From the NCBI GenBank assembly GCA_963705725.1, contig CAVPKM010000016.1:1-64000 (forward strand): a stretch of 64,000 bases of DNA. Direction: 5' to 3'. Under the pieces are notes generated by a model that ran no database searches, was not told the origin of the DNA, and saw nothing but the letters and a program-made list of their open reading frames with translations. The translations under genes were made by a program, and so were the position numbers. This document shows, piece by piece, positions 38,783 through 48,651 of the stretch. Each line of letters opens with the position of its first letter. Positions within the stretch are counted from its first letter, which is position 1. This DNA comes from an uncultured Gammaproteobacteria bacterium (GTDB taxonomy: Bacteria > Pseudomonadota > Gammaproteobacteria > UBA6002).

Positions 38783-40573
38783 TCAAGGATTCATGCTTGG
38801 ATCATCACTCGAGATTGAAGAATAAGGCAATAGATTAAGCTCTATAATGGTATCTGCATCTTCTTGAGAGGATTCTTCCCTATCCGAGTGGAAAGTAAAT
38901 GAAGAAGAACAATCTTTTTTAGCAAATACTTCGCTTAAGGATTGGGTTTCATGAAGGATAGAAAACGGTTTGCCGCTGGAGTGAATTCCAAACTGTATCG
39001 TGGTTAAAATGCTTTCCAATCTATTAAAAATACCAATTAGGTCCTGAATAGAGCGTTGTTCGACTTGTAATTGAGCCAAAGTATTTTCTAAATCTCTTAA
39101 GATTTGCTCAGTTATTTGGTAATCCTCATAGGCTCCAAGAGGTTTTAGTATTTTTTCTTCTAAACCTTGTATTTTTTCCAAAATTAATTCAGCCTCTTCA
39201 ATACCATTTTTCCAATCATCAGATTTTATTTTGTTAGGAAAACGAAAATAATAATCATATTCTTGCATAAATGCCGCACAAATCGTGAATAACAGACCTA
39301 AACCTATCGGAAATCCCACCCCAAAGCCTATGGCTGCCGCGTTATAAATTGAAGGAGCATCATTCGAGATTGACGTTTCTAGCACAGGAGAACTGTTATT
39401 TGCCCTCACGCCTAGCCATATCTCGATAGCTATAAAAAGCGGTAAGCTAGCACAAAAAGCTAACCCACCCGCCATACACGGTGAAATAATTAATTCTGAA
39501 TCTTGAGCGTTTAGCTCTGCAATAAAATTTTTAATTTCATTTAAAGCCTTGTCCAGACTTTTTAAATCCAGTATTAATTGCTTATACGTTAAGGTTGGCT
39601 TATTGCTGGATTCCTCGCTACTTTCTTCATCGCTGTCAATTACCAAGACACTTTTTCTTTTTTTCGAAAGATGATTTGAAAGACGAGATTTATAAAGGGG
39701 AACCAACTCCAGAATGCCTTGTGGTAAACGCTGAACTTCTATCCGCTGATCAAACTCTACTTTTGCTCCTGCTAAAGCAACTAATTTATAAGAGGCTGCT
39801 AAGCGGTAATAGTGATCAAGTCGCACTGGATTATTTTTATCGATAATCACCTGCTCTCGGTAAAGCGCCAAAAATTTTTCTTTAAATGCCGTATCTGCAA
39901 ACTGCGAAAGTAAGGCAACTTGCTTCTCAAAAGGAAACGTTAAAATCTTACCGAATGGCGTTTGCTCTTTATTGTTTGAAATGGTTAAATCCGCTCCTTG
40001 TTCGATTAATAAGGCAACAAGTGCTTCATTACAGTCAGCCGGTTCAACCGGAGTGGCTAATTGCAAGGGGGTATTACAGCAATGATCTGGTCTATTGATA
40101 TGATTGATAGCTTCAGGCTCTTGATTGATTTTCTTTAATAAATTTTTAGCAATAATTATATTTTTATATTTGACTGCAGCATGCAAATGCGTTTGGCCTT
40201 CAGCATAACTTTGTAGCCAAATTTTGTACCCTGGCTGATTGGGATCAAGCTGCCGGCTTGAGATTTCAAGCAGGTTATTTGCTATGTCCACGAAGTTTTT
40301 TTGAATGGCATAATATAAACAATCTTTATTTTCCCCATTTTTTCTAAAAAGCAAATCGTTATTATCTCCCTGTAACTCTAATAGTCGATCCGCCACTTTT
40401 TTTAAACTGTTCTCTAACGCAGTGCTCAAGAAGCTTTTTCCATTGTCATCATAAGAATTAAGACGAGCTGCCGGATCTTTTCGAATAAGGGTAATAAGCG
40501 TCAGCGCCTGTTCGGTATTTTGTTTCTCAATTGCTTGCTGTAATGCTGTTTCTAGTATATTTCTATCCTGCAT
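38783..40573 (-). CDS. Ankyrin-repeat protein with two TM helices; candidate effector
   Basis: GKSFLSTAL, GQTHLHAAV, NTPLQLA, LIEQGADLTISNNKEQTPF; two hydrophobic segments; acidic Ser-rich C-terminus. Confidence 0.8.
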   Translation of the reverse strand: MQDRNILETALQQAIEKQNTEQALTLITLIRKDPAARLNSYDDNGKSFLSTALENSLKKVADRLLELQGDNNDLLFRKNGENKDCLYYAIQKNFVDIANNLLEISSRQLDPNQPGYKIWLQSYAEGQTHLHAAVKYKNIIIAKNLLKKINQEPEAINHINRPDHCCNTPLQLATPVEPADCNEALVALLIEQGADLTISNNKEQTPFGKILTFPFEKQVALLSQFADTAFKEKFLALYREQVIIDKNNPVRLDHYYRLAASYKLVALAGAKVEFDQRIEVQRLPQGILELVPLYKSRLSNHLSKKRKSVLVIDSDEESSEESSNKPTLTYKQLILDLKSLDKALNEIKNFIAELNAQDSELIISPCMAGGLAFCASLPLFIAIEIWLGVRANNSSPVLETSISNDAPSIYNAAAIGFGVGFPIGLGLLFTICAAFMQEYDYYFRFPNKIKSDDWKNGIEEAELILEKIQGLEEKILKPLGAYEDYQITEQILRDLENTLAQLQVEQRSIQDLIGIFNRLESILTTIQFGIHSSGKPFSILHETQSLSEVFAKKDCSSSFTFHSDREESSQEDADTIIELNLLPYSSISSDDPSMNP

Positions 40574-40592
40574 ATGAACACCTATTTATTAT

Positions 40593-40650
40593 GTAACTAT
40601 TTCGCCCCAGGAAAGAAACGTCCATATTTGACCAAGCGCCGAATAGTTAC
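40593..40650. repeat. Palindromic GTAACTATT...AATAGTTAC element, copy 1
   Basis: Terminal inverted repeats plus internal CAGGA and GTCCATA, shared with 58651-58693. Confidence 0.6.
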
Positions 40651-40778
40651 TTATTTTATATATATACAACGAGGTTGTTGCTTAATTTTAAGACAATACT
40701 AGTCGAAATTGTCTATAAAAAAAACAATTTAAAACAGGATTTTTATTAAATTTTGATTAAATAATGAATGGCGAAACG

Positions 40779-40805
40779 AAAAGGGTTAATTTAACACTTA
40801 ACCCT
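40779..40805 (-). terminator. Intrinsic terminator after rpiA
   Basis: AGGGTTAA-N8-TTAACCCT followed by T run on the minus strand. Confidence 0.6.
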
Positions 40806-40821
40806 GATGTTTGAATGACTG

Positions 40822-41490
40822 TTACTGCTTATCTAAAGAAACGACGCCGCTTGCTGTCGCCATGAGGATGACATCTGCCGGCTTGTTAGCAAAAAGACCA
40901 TTTCCTACTACGCCTGGCAAACAATTAATTTGATCCTCTAATTTTTTTGGCTGGAGTATGGAAAGATTGTAGACATCGAGAATGATGTTGCCATTATCTG
41001 TAATGAAATCTTCACGATAAACTGGGCTGCCTCCTAATTTAACGAGTTCTCTTGCAACAAAGCTTCTCGCCATTGGGATGACTTCGACTGGCAATGGACT
41101 TTGGCTGCCCAAAAGGTCGACTTTTTTTGTTTCATCAATAATGCAAATAAATTTTTTTGCTACAGTAGCTAATATTTTTTCACGAGTCAGCGCCCCGCCC
41201 TTTCCCTTGATTAAGTAAAAATAGGCATTAGCTTCATCTGCTCCATCTACATAAAGTGAAACCTGATCAACCGTATTCAGATCATAAACAGGAATACCCA
41301 GCGATTTAAGCGCGGTTTCCGTTGCCTTAGAGCTGGCTACCGTTCCTTCAATTTTATTTTTAACCTTGCTAAGGGCCTCAATGAAATAATGCACAGTGGA
41401 GCCCGTGCCTACCCCTACAATTCCTTCTTCTGGAAGCGATTGCAATGCGGCTTCCGCTGCTTGCTTTTTCATTTCTTCTTGATTCATCAT
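40822..41490 (-). CDS. rpiA: Ribose-5-phosphate isomerase A
   Basis: [20 protein letters not shown]; start trimmed to MMNQEE. Confidence 0.95.
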   Translation of the reverse strand: MMNQEEMKKQAAEAALQSLPEEGIVGVGTGSTVHYFIEALSKVKNKIEGTVASSKATETALKSLGIPVYDLNTVDQVSLYVDGADEANAYFYLIKGKGGALTREKILATVAKKFICIIDETKKVDLLGSQSPLPVEVIPMARSFVARELVKLGGSPVYREDFITDNGNIILDVYNLSILQPKKLEDQINCLPGVVGNGLFANKPADVILMATASGVVSLDKQ

Positions 41491-41497
41491 TTCTTCC

Positions 41498-43552
41498 TTA
41501 TTGATTATGAATACCACTATGGCGCAACAAAGCTTCAACCTTCGGCTCTCGACCACGAAAGGCAACAAACAATTCCATGGGATCTTTTGCTCCTCCTTGT
41601 TCGAGTATGCTAGTTAAAAATTCTCGTCCCGTTTTTTCATCAAAAATACCCTTTTCCTCAAACTTTGAAAAAGCATCACTGGATAAAACCTCTGCCCATT
41701 TATAACTATAGTAGCCAGCTGCATACCCCCCTGCGAAAATATGCGAAAAGCCATGCTGAAAACGGTTGAATTCTGGAACCGGAATGACGCAAACTTTTTC
41801 CCTTGCCTCATCCAAAAAACGCTGTATTTGCAATTGCTCTTTTTCATCAAAAAATAAATGCAAATGAAAATCAAATATTGCAAATTCTAATTGCCTAACC
41901 ATATGCATAGCAGATTGAAAATTTTTAGCCGCTATCATTTTATCAAATAGCGCATCCGGTAAAGGCTCTTTGGTTTGATAATGACAAGCAATACTTTGCA
42001 GCGCAGCTTTTTCCCAACACCAATTTTCAAGAAATTGGCTTGGCAACTCTACTGCATCCCAAGGTACACCATTGATGCCTGATACATCAGCATAATCAAT
42101 TTTTGTCAATAGATGATGAAGACCATGACCAAATTCATGGAATAAAGTAATCACATCATCGTGAGTCAATAAGGCAGGGTCTTTGCCAACAGGCGCATTA
42201 AAATTACAGGTTAAATAGGCGATAGGAGTCTGAATTTTATCCGCTACTTTTCGGCGAACTCGACATTCATCCATCCAAGCTCCCCCTCTTTTATTGGGTC
42301 TTGCATAAAGATCCAAATAAAACTGACCTCGAAGCTCTCCTTGTTCAGAATAAATTTCAAAAAAGCGCACAGCTTTATGCCAACTATCTACCTGATTCAC
42401 TTCTTGAACCGTCATACCAAAAAGCTTGTTAACCACTTTAAATAACCCTTCCAGTACCTGATTTTCAGGAAAATAAGGTCGAAGGTCTTCTTGTGAAATG
42501 TGGTAGCGATGTTTTTGTAACTTCTCACTATAGTAAGCAATATCCCAAGCTGCTAATTGGGTCACGCCATAATTTTCTTTGGCAAAGGCTTTTAGTTCAT
42601 TGAATTCTTCTTTTGCCTTACCCACGCTTGCAAGTGCAAGCGCATTTAAAAAATGCAAGACCTCCTCTGGTTTTTTTGCCATTTTAGGAACCAATGATAG
42701 TGCAGCATAATTCGGATAGCCAAGTAGCAAGGCCAGCTTTCTGCGTGCCGCTAAAATTTGTTCAATTACCTCTGTGTTATCCCACTTCCCGGCATTAGGT
42801 CCTTGATCAGAGCTTCTTGTCACATAGGCGGTATATATCTCGTGTCTTAATTTTGCACAATCTGCATAGGTAATGACCGCCACATAGGCGGGTTGCTCTA
42901 AAGTAAAGACGTAACCGGGCAGTCCAAGTTTTTCTGCTGCTTCTTTAGCTGTGGCAATGGCAATTTTGGGTATCCCTGACAAGTCGGCTTCTTTGGTAAT
43001 ATGTTTGTACCAGCCTTGTGTCGCATCCATGAGATTATGTTCAAATTTGGCTGTTAACTTAGATAATTGTTGTTGAAGTTCTCCATATCGCTTTTTAGAC
43101 TCAGGAGAGAGATTCACCCCCGCTAATTGAAAATCACGCAATTCATTTTCAATCACCTTTTGTTGTGCCGCATCAAGAGAATTAAATTCGCTGTCTTCCT
43201 TTAAGGACTTGATCGCATTATATAACGCGATATTTTGTCCCATTTCTGTCGAATAATCAGATAATTTAGGCAAGCAAGCATCATAGGCTTCACGCAAGGC
43301 AGGAGTAGAGGCAACCGCATTGAGATGACTGACCCTGGACCACATTTGACTGAGCCGATCATCGACTTCTTCTAATGGAACCATCAAATTTTCCCAGGTT
43401 CTATGCTGTTGTTTATTGATGATTTTTTCCACATCCTCTCGATTTTCTTGCAAGACTTTATTCAGCGTTGGTTCGATTTGCTCCGGCTTAATTTCACTAA
43501 ACTTCGGAAGGGAAAATCGATCAAGCAATGGATTGGACATGGCATACCCCAT
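41498..43552 (-). CDS. prlC: Oligopeptidase A (M3 family)
   Basis: [42 protein letters not shown]. Confidence 0.95.
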   Translation of the reverse strand: MGYAMSNPLLDRFSLPKFSEIKPEQIEPTLNKVLQENREDVEKIINKQQHRTWENLMVPLEEVDDRLSQMWSRVSHLNAVASTPALREAYDACLPKLSDYSTEMGQNIALYNAIKSLKEDSEFNSLDAAQQKVIENELRDFQLAGVNLSPESKKRYGELQQQLSKLTAKFEHNLMDATQGWYKHITKEADLSGIPKIAIATAKEAAEKLGLPGYVFTLEQPAYVAVITYADCAKLRHEIYTAYVTRSSDQGPNAGKWDNTEVIEQILAARRKLALLLGYPNYAALSLVPKMAKKPEEVLHFLNALALASVGKAKEEFNELKAFAKENYGVTQLAAWDIAYYSEKLQKHRYHISQEDLRPYFPENQVLEGLFKVVNKLFGMTVQEVNQVDSWHKAVRFFEIYSEQGELRGQFYLDLYARPNKRGGAWMDECRVRRKVADKIQTPIAYLTCNFNAPVGKDPALLTHDDVITLFHEFGHGLHHLLTKIDYADVSGINGVPWDAVELPSQFLENWCWEKAALQSIACHYQTKEPLPDALFDKMIAAKNFQSAMHMVRQLEFAIFDFHLHLFFDEKEQLQIQRFLDEAREKVCVIPVPEFNRFQHGFSHIFAGGYAAGYYSYKWAEVLSSDAFSKFEEKGIFDEKTGREFLTSILEQGGAKDPMELFVAFRGREPKVEALLRHSGIHNQ

Positions 43553-43604
43553 AATTTTTTTTTGTTAAAAATTGTAGTTCAGGAATAGTAACAAATAAAT
43601 ATAG

Positions 43605-43633
43605 ATTCCCATATTAATGGGAATTGCTATAAA
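43605..43633 (+). promoter_or_regulatory. Palindrome ATTCCCAT-N4-ATGGGAAT abutting extended -10 TGcTATAAA
   Basis: Perfect 8-bp inverted repeat in the divergent prlC/porin intergenic region. Confidence 0.45.
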
Positions 43634-43692
43634 ATGTCACCGATTCTTCCCGCCTCTTTTCTCTAAGACATGATGGTTCATAAGGATATAAG

Positions 43693-46600
43693 ATGAAGAA
43701 ATGGATTCAAATACTGGCTTGCCTGGGTTATTTCACGCCGGTATTTGGCACAGCACATGATACCTTTATGGTAACCGGCGATGAGCTACAGGAAGTTTCA
43801 AACTTTCCACATTATTTGCAAACCCCAAATTTTTTTACTCATGTTTACCCAGAAAACATCAACCCAAATTTAGTGTTAATTACCAGGACAAATCGCGGAT
43901 TTGCGTTTGGTGTCACCGGATTTTCCTCGCGAATCTTTGATAATCAAACTGATTATGCCATCGTTGATTTTGCCGATGCCTCTGGAGCGGTTTTTACACC
44001 CAGTTTAGCCTCGAGCATTAAGGCCATTCCTCCTGAATCCCATTTTGGTTATGGCGCTTACCTAGGATATGTTTATCCCTATACCGGTAAAGATATTTTT
44101 TTAGATTTTTCAATTATCGATGGGGCGCGCTCAAATACAACAGATAAGCCATTTCATGGGTCTATATGGACTCCCTTGGCGCTTTATGATCGCAGTATTA
44201 CTGCAAAAGGGGTAATGGCAAGATACTCGACAAATATTCAACAAGCGAAGCTGCTCGTTGGAGAAGAAATACGTCCCGGCACACGCTTTCGGTTTCACCC
44301 CTCTTTCGGTGCAAAATATGCCGAGATCAATCGCAAATTGTCAACCAGCTATCTTGAAGCCGCTGGCATATTAGAAGATCCACATGGCAATACGGTGGTC
44401 AGGGAAAAAAGCGAATTTCGAGGAATTGGACCCGCAATTCAATTAGATGGCGCCTATTTTTTTGCGCCACATCTGGGCCTAACAGCCCATGCGTTGACAG
44501 CCATTATAGTTGGAACGATCCAAAGTAGTATACGCGTCAATGATCTTCAAGTCCCTCCACTTGAAGCGGTTCCCCCTTCTAACACCCAAATTAATTTAAA
44601 ATCCACTGACCGCACCGTACCGAATATTACTGGAAAAATTGGGCTGGTTTACGAATATCCTTTATGCGGCAGCTTAATGAAAATTGATTTGGAAGTAGGT
44701 TATCAGTTCGACCACTTTTTTAACGCGATTGATATTTATCGCAGCACAGGAAGCGTGATTCTTGCAGATTCCTTAGTCACCACCGCCTCTACCACTTATA
44801 TTGATACTCCGCTTCATATTAAACGGCCCAACGATTTGACACTGGCAGGCCCTTATCTTTCCTTCGGCATCTCTGGCATCTCATGTCCAAGTGATAGTGT
44901 AATCGATCCTGTCTGTCTCACCGTTCCAAGACAAGAAGGCGGCTTCGTGTTTGGTATCGGCCCTGTTTATTATCGAATTCAAACCAATCAACAAGATTTT
45001 TCTATTTCTGAACCCAATTTATTGCAACCGGTTAATATCGCCCCCATCGATCTTTTATCCCCACAACCGCTTTTTATACCTAGCATACAATCATCACTTA
45101 AAAATGTGAGATCAAATAATGCAGGAGGCTTGCTCATCACTGGCGGATATATTTTTCGCGATTCGCCTTATGATATTACTGCCCATTTTGAGGGTGCGAA
45201 AACTCAGAATCGGAAAACGGCTAAGCAATCTAATGACAATAAATCCGTCATCATTTGGCCAATATTATCGATTCCTTTCTTAGACCCCAGTGCCAACCGA
45301 GTTTTTGCAAGCGATGCTAAAACTAATGCCAAGTATAGCTATAGCGAATTCCATGTTGACATTGGTCAAGCGATTAACGGCGATTCTCTTTTTTGGGCCA
45401 GACTATTTGCAGGAATACAGTATGCGCTGATAAAACAAAATTTTAATGTCACTTATGATAATCTGACCACTGTGCCAATCTTTCCTGGGACAGGAAGCAC
45501 CAATGTTCCGATTCCCCTCTTTTTTCCTCAAGAACAAATTGTTCAGGAAAGTAACTTTAGCGGAATTGGTCCACGTGTTGGTTTGGATTTTGGCCTACCA
45601 TTTGGCAATCTGTCCCTGGTTTCTGAACTGGCAACTGGCTTTTTAGCAGGAAATGTCGATGCCAGTTATAAAGATGCAGTCCAACCCGGATTTTTACCCA
45701 ATCCTGTACTAGGAGGTCAACCCATCCCGGTCATTCCCTTCCGGGTTCTGGGGACAAAAGTGGAAGGAGATCACCCCTATTCACCTTTTTTTGATTTAAA
45801 AATTGCGCTGGCTTACACCTGGAATTTTTTCTCAGGTACTAAATGGTCGGTGGAACTCGGTTATCGGGCGATCCATTACTTTAATGCCCTCACCACCTTT
45901 ACCCATCTTACTAACAACGCTGCAGTTTTTGCTAAGCAGATTGGAGACGTGAGTTTAGATGGCCCCTATCTTAACTTAACTGTTTTTGGCTTCGATGCTT
46001 GCCCACCTGATTGCGCTCCTAAAGGACCTTTCTGTGTCTATGTTCCAGAGCTTAAAGGGGGGATTGAATTAGCTTTTGAATGGCTTTATGCAAAGCCACA
46101 CGCTACCAACATTGACTTTGGCATTCTTGATCCTACGCCGGTCATTATTCCAGTCGTTGAGACCTCCCCTCCCGGTATTTATCCGCAAGGTATTCCGCTA
46201 AATCCAAGCGCCGCCTCAGCCATGAAGGTGCTAAGCCCAAGATCTCACTCTGGTGGCAGGGTGCATTTGGGTTATATTTTTCCTTTGACTTCAAACGACC
46301 TTTCAGTCAATGCCACCCTTTTCAATGAAAAAAATTACAAATTCATCACGGCCAAAACTCCCGGCGTGATTTGGACAATTAACAACGGTAATGTTGGAAT
46401 TCAAAATCCCTTAGCCCAATCTTTTTTTCCGGTACTTGCTAATCGCGCCGACGTCAGTGTTAAATTCAAATGGTTAACAGATAATGTCGAGTTTGGAAAA
46501 CGGATCAAATTTCATCAACTCATGACAAGATTTTTTGCAGGCCTCAGCTATGCAAAAATTAAGGAAGGGATCACCATTGTTTACAGTGAAGGGCTCACCA

Positions 46601-47046
46601 ACTTTTTGAATCCTACCGCCACCTTCGTTCCCCTTGATACGATTAACCAACTTAATGATTTTTGGGGTGTGGGCCCTCGTTTCGGCCTAGCTGGAGATTT
46701 AGCGTTGGGTTGTGGCTTTTCTTTAATCGGCCAAATAGCGACAGATTTACTCGTTGGCAAATTCGATAGCCATTATATTGAGCAGTCCTCATATGGCCAG
46801 GTGGATGTGTTAAACCCAAACAAACGAAATCGCTTTGTGCCAGAATTAGATGGCAAATTCGGCGCAGCTTATACTGTTGTGTTAAAAAATTGTTCTCAAG
46901 TCAGTCTCGAAGGGGGCTATAGCGCGAATCATTACTTTAAGGTCAAAGATAGTCTGCGCTTTACTGGCGCTGTTTCAAGCTTTCTTAAACAAAATCAAGA
47001 TATTAGCTTTAGCGGTCCCTATGTAAGGCTGCAAATTGATTTTTAG
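43693..47046 (+). CDS. Outer-membrane protein with three tandem Lpg1974/Legionella-MOMP-like beta-barrel domains
   Basis: Signal peptide; FxGxGP three times (44416, 45556, 46660); DxxxxGPY end motif three times (44848, 45961, 47014); terminal Phe. Confidence 0.75.
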   Translation: MKKWIQILACLGYFTPVFGTAHDTFMVTGDELQEVSNFPHYLQTPNFFTHVYPENINPNLVLITRTNRGFAFGVTGFSSRIFDNQTDYAIVDFADASGAVFTPSLASSIKAIPPESHFGYGAYLGYVYPYTGKDIFLDFSIIDGARSNTTDKPFHGSIWTPLALYDRSITAKGVMARYSTNIQQAKLLVGEEIRPGTRFRFHPSFGAKYAEINRKLSTSYLEAAGILEDPHGNTVVREKSEFRGIGPAIQLDGAYFFAPHLGLTAHALTAIIVGTIQSSIRVNDLQVPPLEAVPPSNTQINLKSTDRTVPNITGKIGLVYEYPLCGSLMKIDLEVGYQFDHFFNAIDIYRSTGSVILADSLVTTASTTYIDTPLHIKRPNDLTLAGPYLSFGISGISCPSDSVIDPVCLTVPRQEGGFVFGIGPVYYRIQTNQQDFSISEPNLLQPVNIAPIDLLSPQPLFIPSIQSSLKNVRSNNAGGLLITGGYIFRDSPYDITAHFEGAKTQNRKTAKQSNDNKSVIIWPILSIPFLDPSANRVFASDAKTNAKYSYSEFHVDIGQAINGDSLFWARLFAGIQYALIKQNFNVTYDNLTTVPIFPGTGSTNVPIPLFFPQEQIVQESNFSGIGPRVGLDFGLPFGNLSLVSELATGFLAGNVDASYKDAVQPGFLPNPVLGGQPIPVIPFRVLGTKVEGDHPYSPFFDLKIALAYTWNFFSGTKWSVELGYRAIHYFNALTTFTHLTNNAAVFAKQIGDVSLDGPYLNLTVFGFDACPPDCAPKGPFCVYVPELKGGIELAFEWLYAKPHATNIDFGILDPTPVIIPVVETSPPGIYPQGIPLNPSAASAMKVLSPRSHSGGRVHLGYIFPLTSNDLSVNATLFNEKNYKFITAKTPGVIWTINNGNVGIQNPLAQSFFPVLANRADVSVKFKWLTDNVEFGKRIKFHQLMTRFFAGLSYAKIKEGITIVYSEGLTNFLNPTATFVPLDTINQLNDFWGVGPRFGLAGDLALGCGFSLIGQIATDLLVGKFDSHYIEQSSYGQVDVLNPNKRNRFVPELDGKFGAAYTVVLKNCSQVSLEGGYSANHYFKVKDSLRFTGAVSSFLKQNQDISFSGPYVRLQIDF

Positions 47047-47055
47047 TAAAGCCGC

Positions 47056-47673
47056 TTAACGCATCCATTCAGCATCAAGCTGAGCTTTATTAAGTTGTAG
47101 CCACTGAATGCCAATAATTGTTAGTGAACTTTTTATTCTGCCTTCTGCGAGTAACTCGAAGGCTTTTTCCGTTTTAACGGCATGAACAAAAATATCTTCT
47201 TGCTCATTTTTCAATCCATGTATTCCGCCAGCCGATTCCGTATCAATTTTGGCACAAAATAAAGTTAGGTATTCATTACTTGAACCAGGCGTCACCCAAT
47301 ATTCATAAATCTTTTTTAAATCTAGAACTTGGACGCCTGCTTCTTCCACCATTTCTCGCAACATAAGCGCTTCAGGTGATTCATCTTTAGAATTAGCAAT
47401 GCCAGCCACAAATTCTAGTAACCATGGATGTGAATTTTCCATCGCCCCGGTACGAAACTGCTCAATTAAAATCACTTCGTCACGATAAGGATCATAAGGG
47501 ATAGCCGCGGCGACATGTGTCCTGACGAGAACCTCGCGCTCGATTAATTCACTCCAACCACCAGCAAATAGCCGATGTTTTATTTGAAATTTTTTCAGCT
47601 CAAAAAAACCTTGGTAGCAATTCTCTGTGGCAATTATTTTAAGGTCTTTTTGAGTTAGCTTATTATCTTTCAT
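47056..47673 (-). CDS. nudF: ADP-ribose pyrophosphatase (Nudix)
   Basis: YQGFF, IEQFR, Nudix box REMVEEAG, GIHGL..EQEDI. Confidence 0.9.
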   Translation of the reverse strand: MKDNKLTQKDLKIIATENCYQGFFELKKFQIKHRLFAGGWSELIEREVLVRTHVAAAIPYDPYRDEVILIEQFRTGAMENSHPWLLEFVAGIANSKDESPEALMLREMVEEAGVQVLDLKKIYEYWVTPGSSNEYLTLFCAKIDTESAGGIHGLKNEQEDIFVHAVKTEKAFELLAEGRIKSSLTIIGIQWLQLNKAQLDAEWMR

Positions 47674-47864
47674 CCCAAACGCGCCTTGCCCATTAAATGT
47701 ATCACATATAGGAAATATAGAATGAAGCGATGCCAAGATCAATAAAACAACAGAAGAACCAAAAAACATGCATTATATTTGCTGAAATTAATATTAAGTT
47801 GATACAATTCCAAGTTAGGGATTGAAGTAAGTGGCTTGGTTTAAACAGGGGTTTATTTTGATGG

Positions 47865-48611
47865 ATGGTTGCCTGCCTACGCGGGCATGACAGGGTTTTT
47901 GTCATGGGAAATGTAATGAAGCAGGATGTTTTTGCCCAATTATCGCTTAATAACCACAAAGGCCTGGAGATTGCCAGGGTCAATATGCTTAAGCAACAGA
48001 TTAGGACCTGGGATGTACTAGACGATAAAATACTTTCACTTTTTTATTCCACCCCACGCGAAGATTTCGTGCCTCAAAAATATCAACCTCTCGCCTTTGC
48101 AGACTTCTGTATCCCTTTAAATCGTGATAAAAAAATGATGCTGCCTAGAGAGGAAGCGAAAATTCTTCAGGAATTTGCATTTAATGGAGAGGAAAAAGTG
48201 CTGGTTCTGGGCGGAGATAGCGGTTTCCTCGTCGCGCTTCTCGCCAAGCTTTCAAAGGAAGTTTATTATTTCGAGAGCAATCTCACCGATCTTGAGCAAA
48301 TAAGAACAAAGTTAGCGCCGTATAAATTTTCCAATATTGTAACATTAATCGGTAACCTCAATGAGGGTTGGCAAGATCTTTGCCCATTCGATGTGATCCT
48401 CCTAACAGGTTCAATGCCCTCGATACCCGAGTTTCTCAAAAATTCTCTTTCTATGAACGGTCGTCTCTTTGTGGTGATTGGGCAGCTCCCCATTATGGAA
48501 GCGACTTTAATTATTCGATCCTCAAATTTGACTTGGGCAGAAAAAAAACTTTTTGAAACAGAACGTCCACGCTTGCAAGATAGTATCGAAGAAGAACAAT
48601 TTTTATTCTGA
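47865..48611 (+). CDS. Protein-L-isoaspartate O-methyltransferase-like (start uncertain)
   Basis: ARVNMLKQQIRTWDV, PREDFVP, PFDVILLTGS, LFET; upstream of tolC. Confidence 0.8.
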   Translation: MVACLRGHDRVFVMGNVMKQDVFAQLSLNNHKGLEIARVNMLKQQIRTWDVLDDKILSLFYSTPREDFVPQKYQPLAFADFCIPLNRDKKMMLPREEAKILQEFAFNGEEKVLVLGGDSGFLVALLAKLSKEVYYFESNLTDLEQIRTKLAPYKFSNIVTLIGNLNEGWQDLCPFDVILLTGSMPSIPEFLKNSLSMNGRLFVVIGQLPIMEATLIIRSSNLTWAEKKLFETERPRLQDSIEEEQFLF

Positions 48612-48651
48612 TCATTTCCTTTCTTTATTTTTATTTTATTAAATGAGCTAA

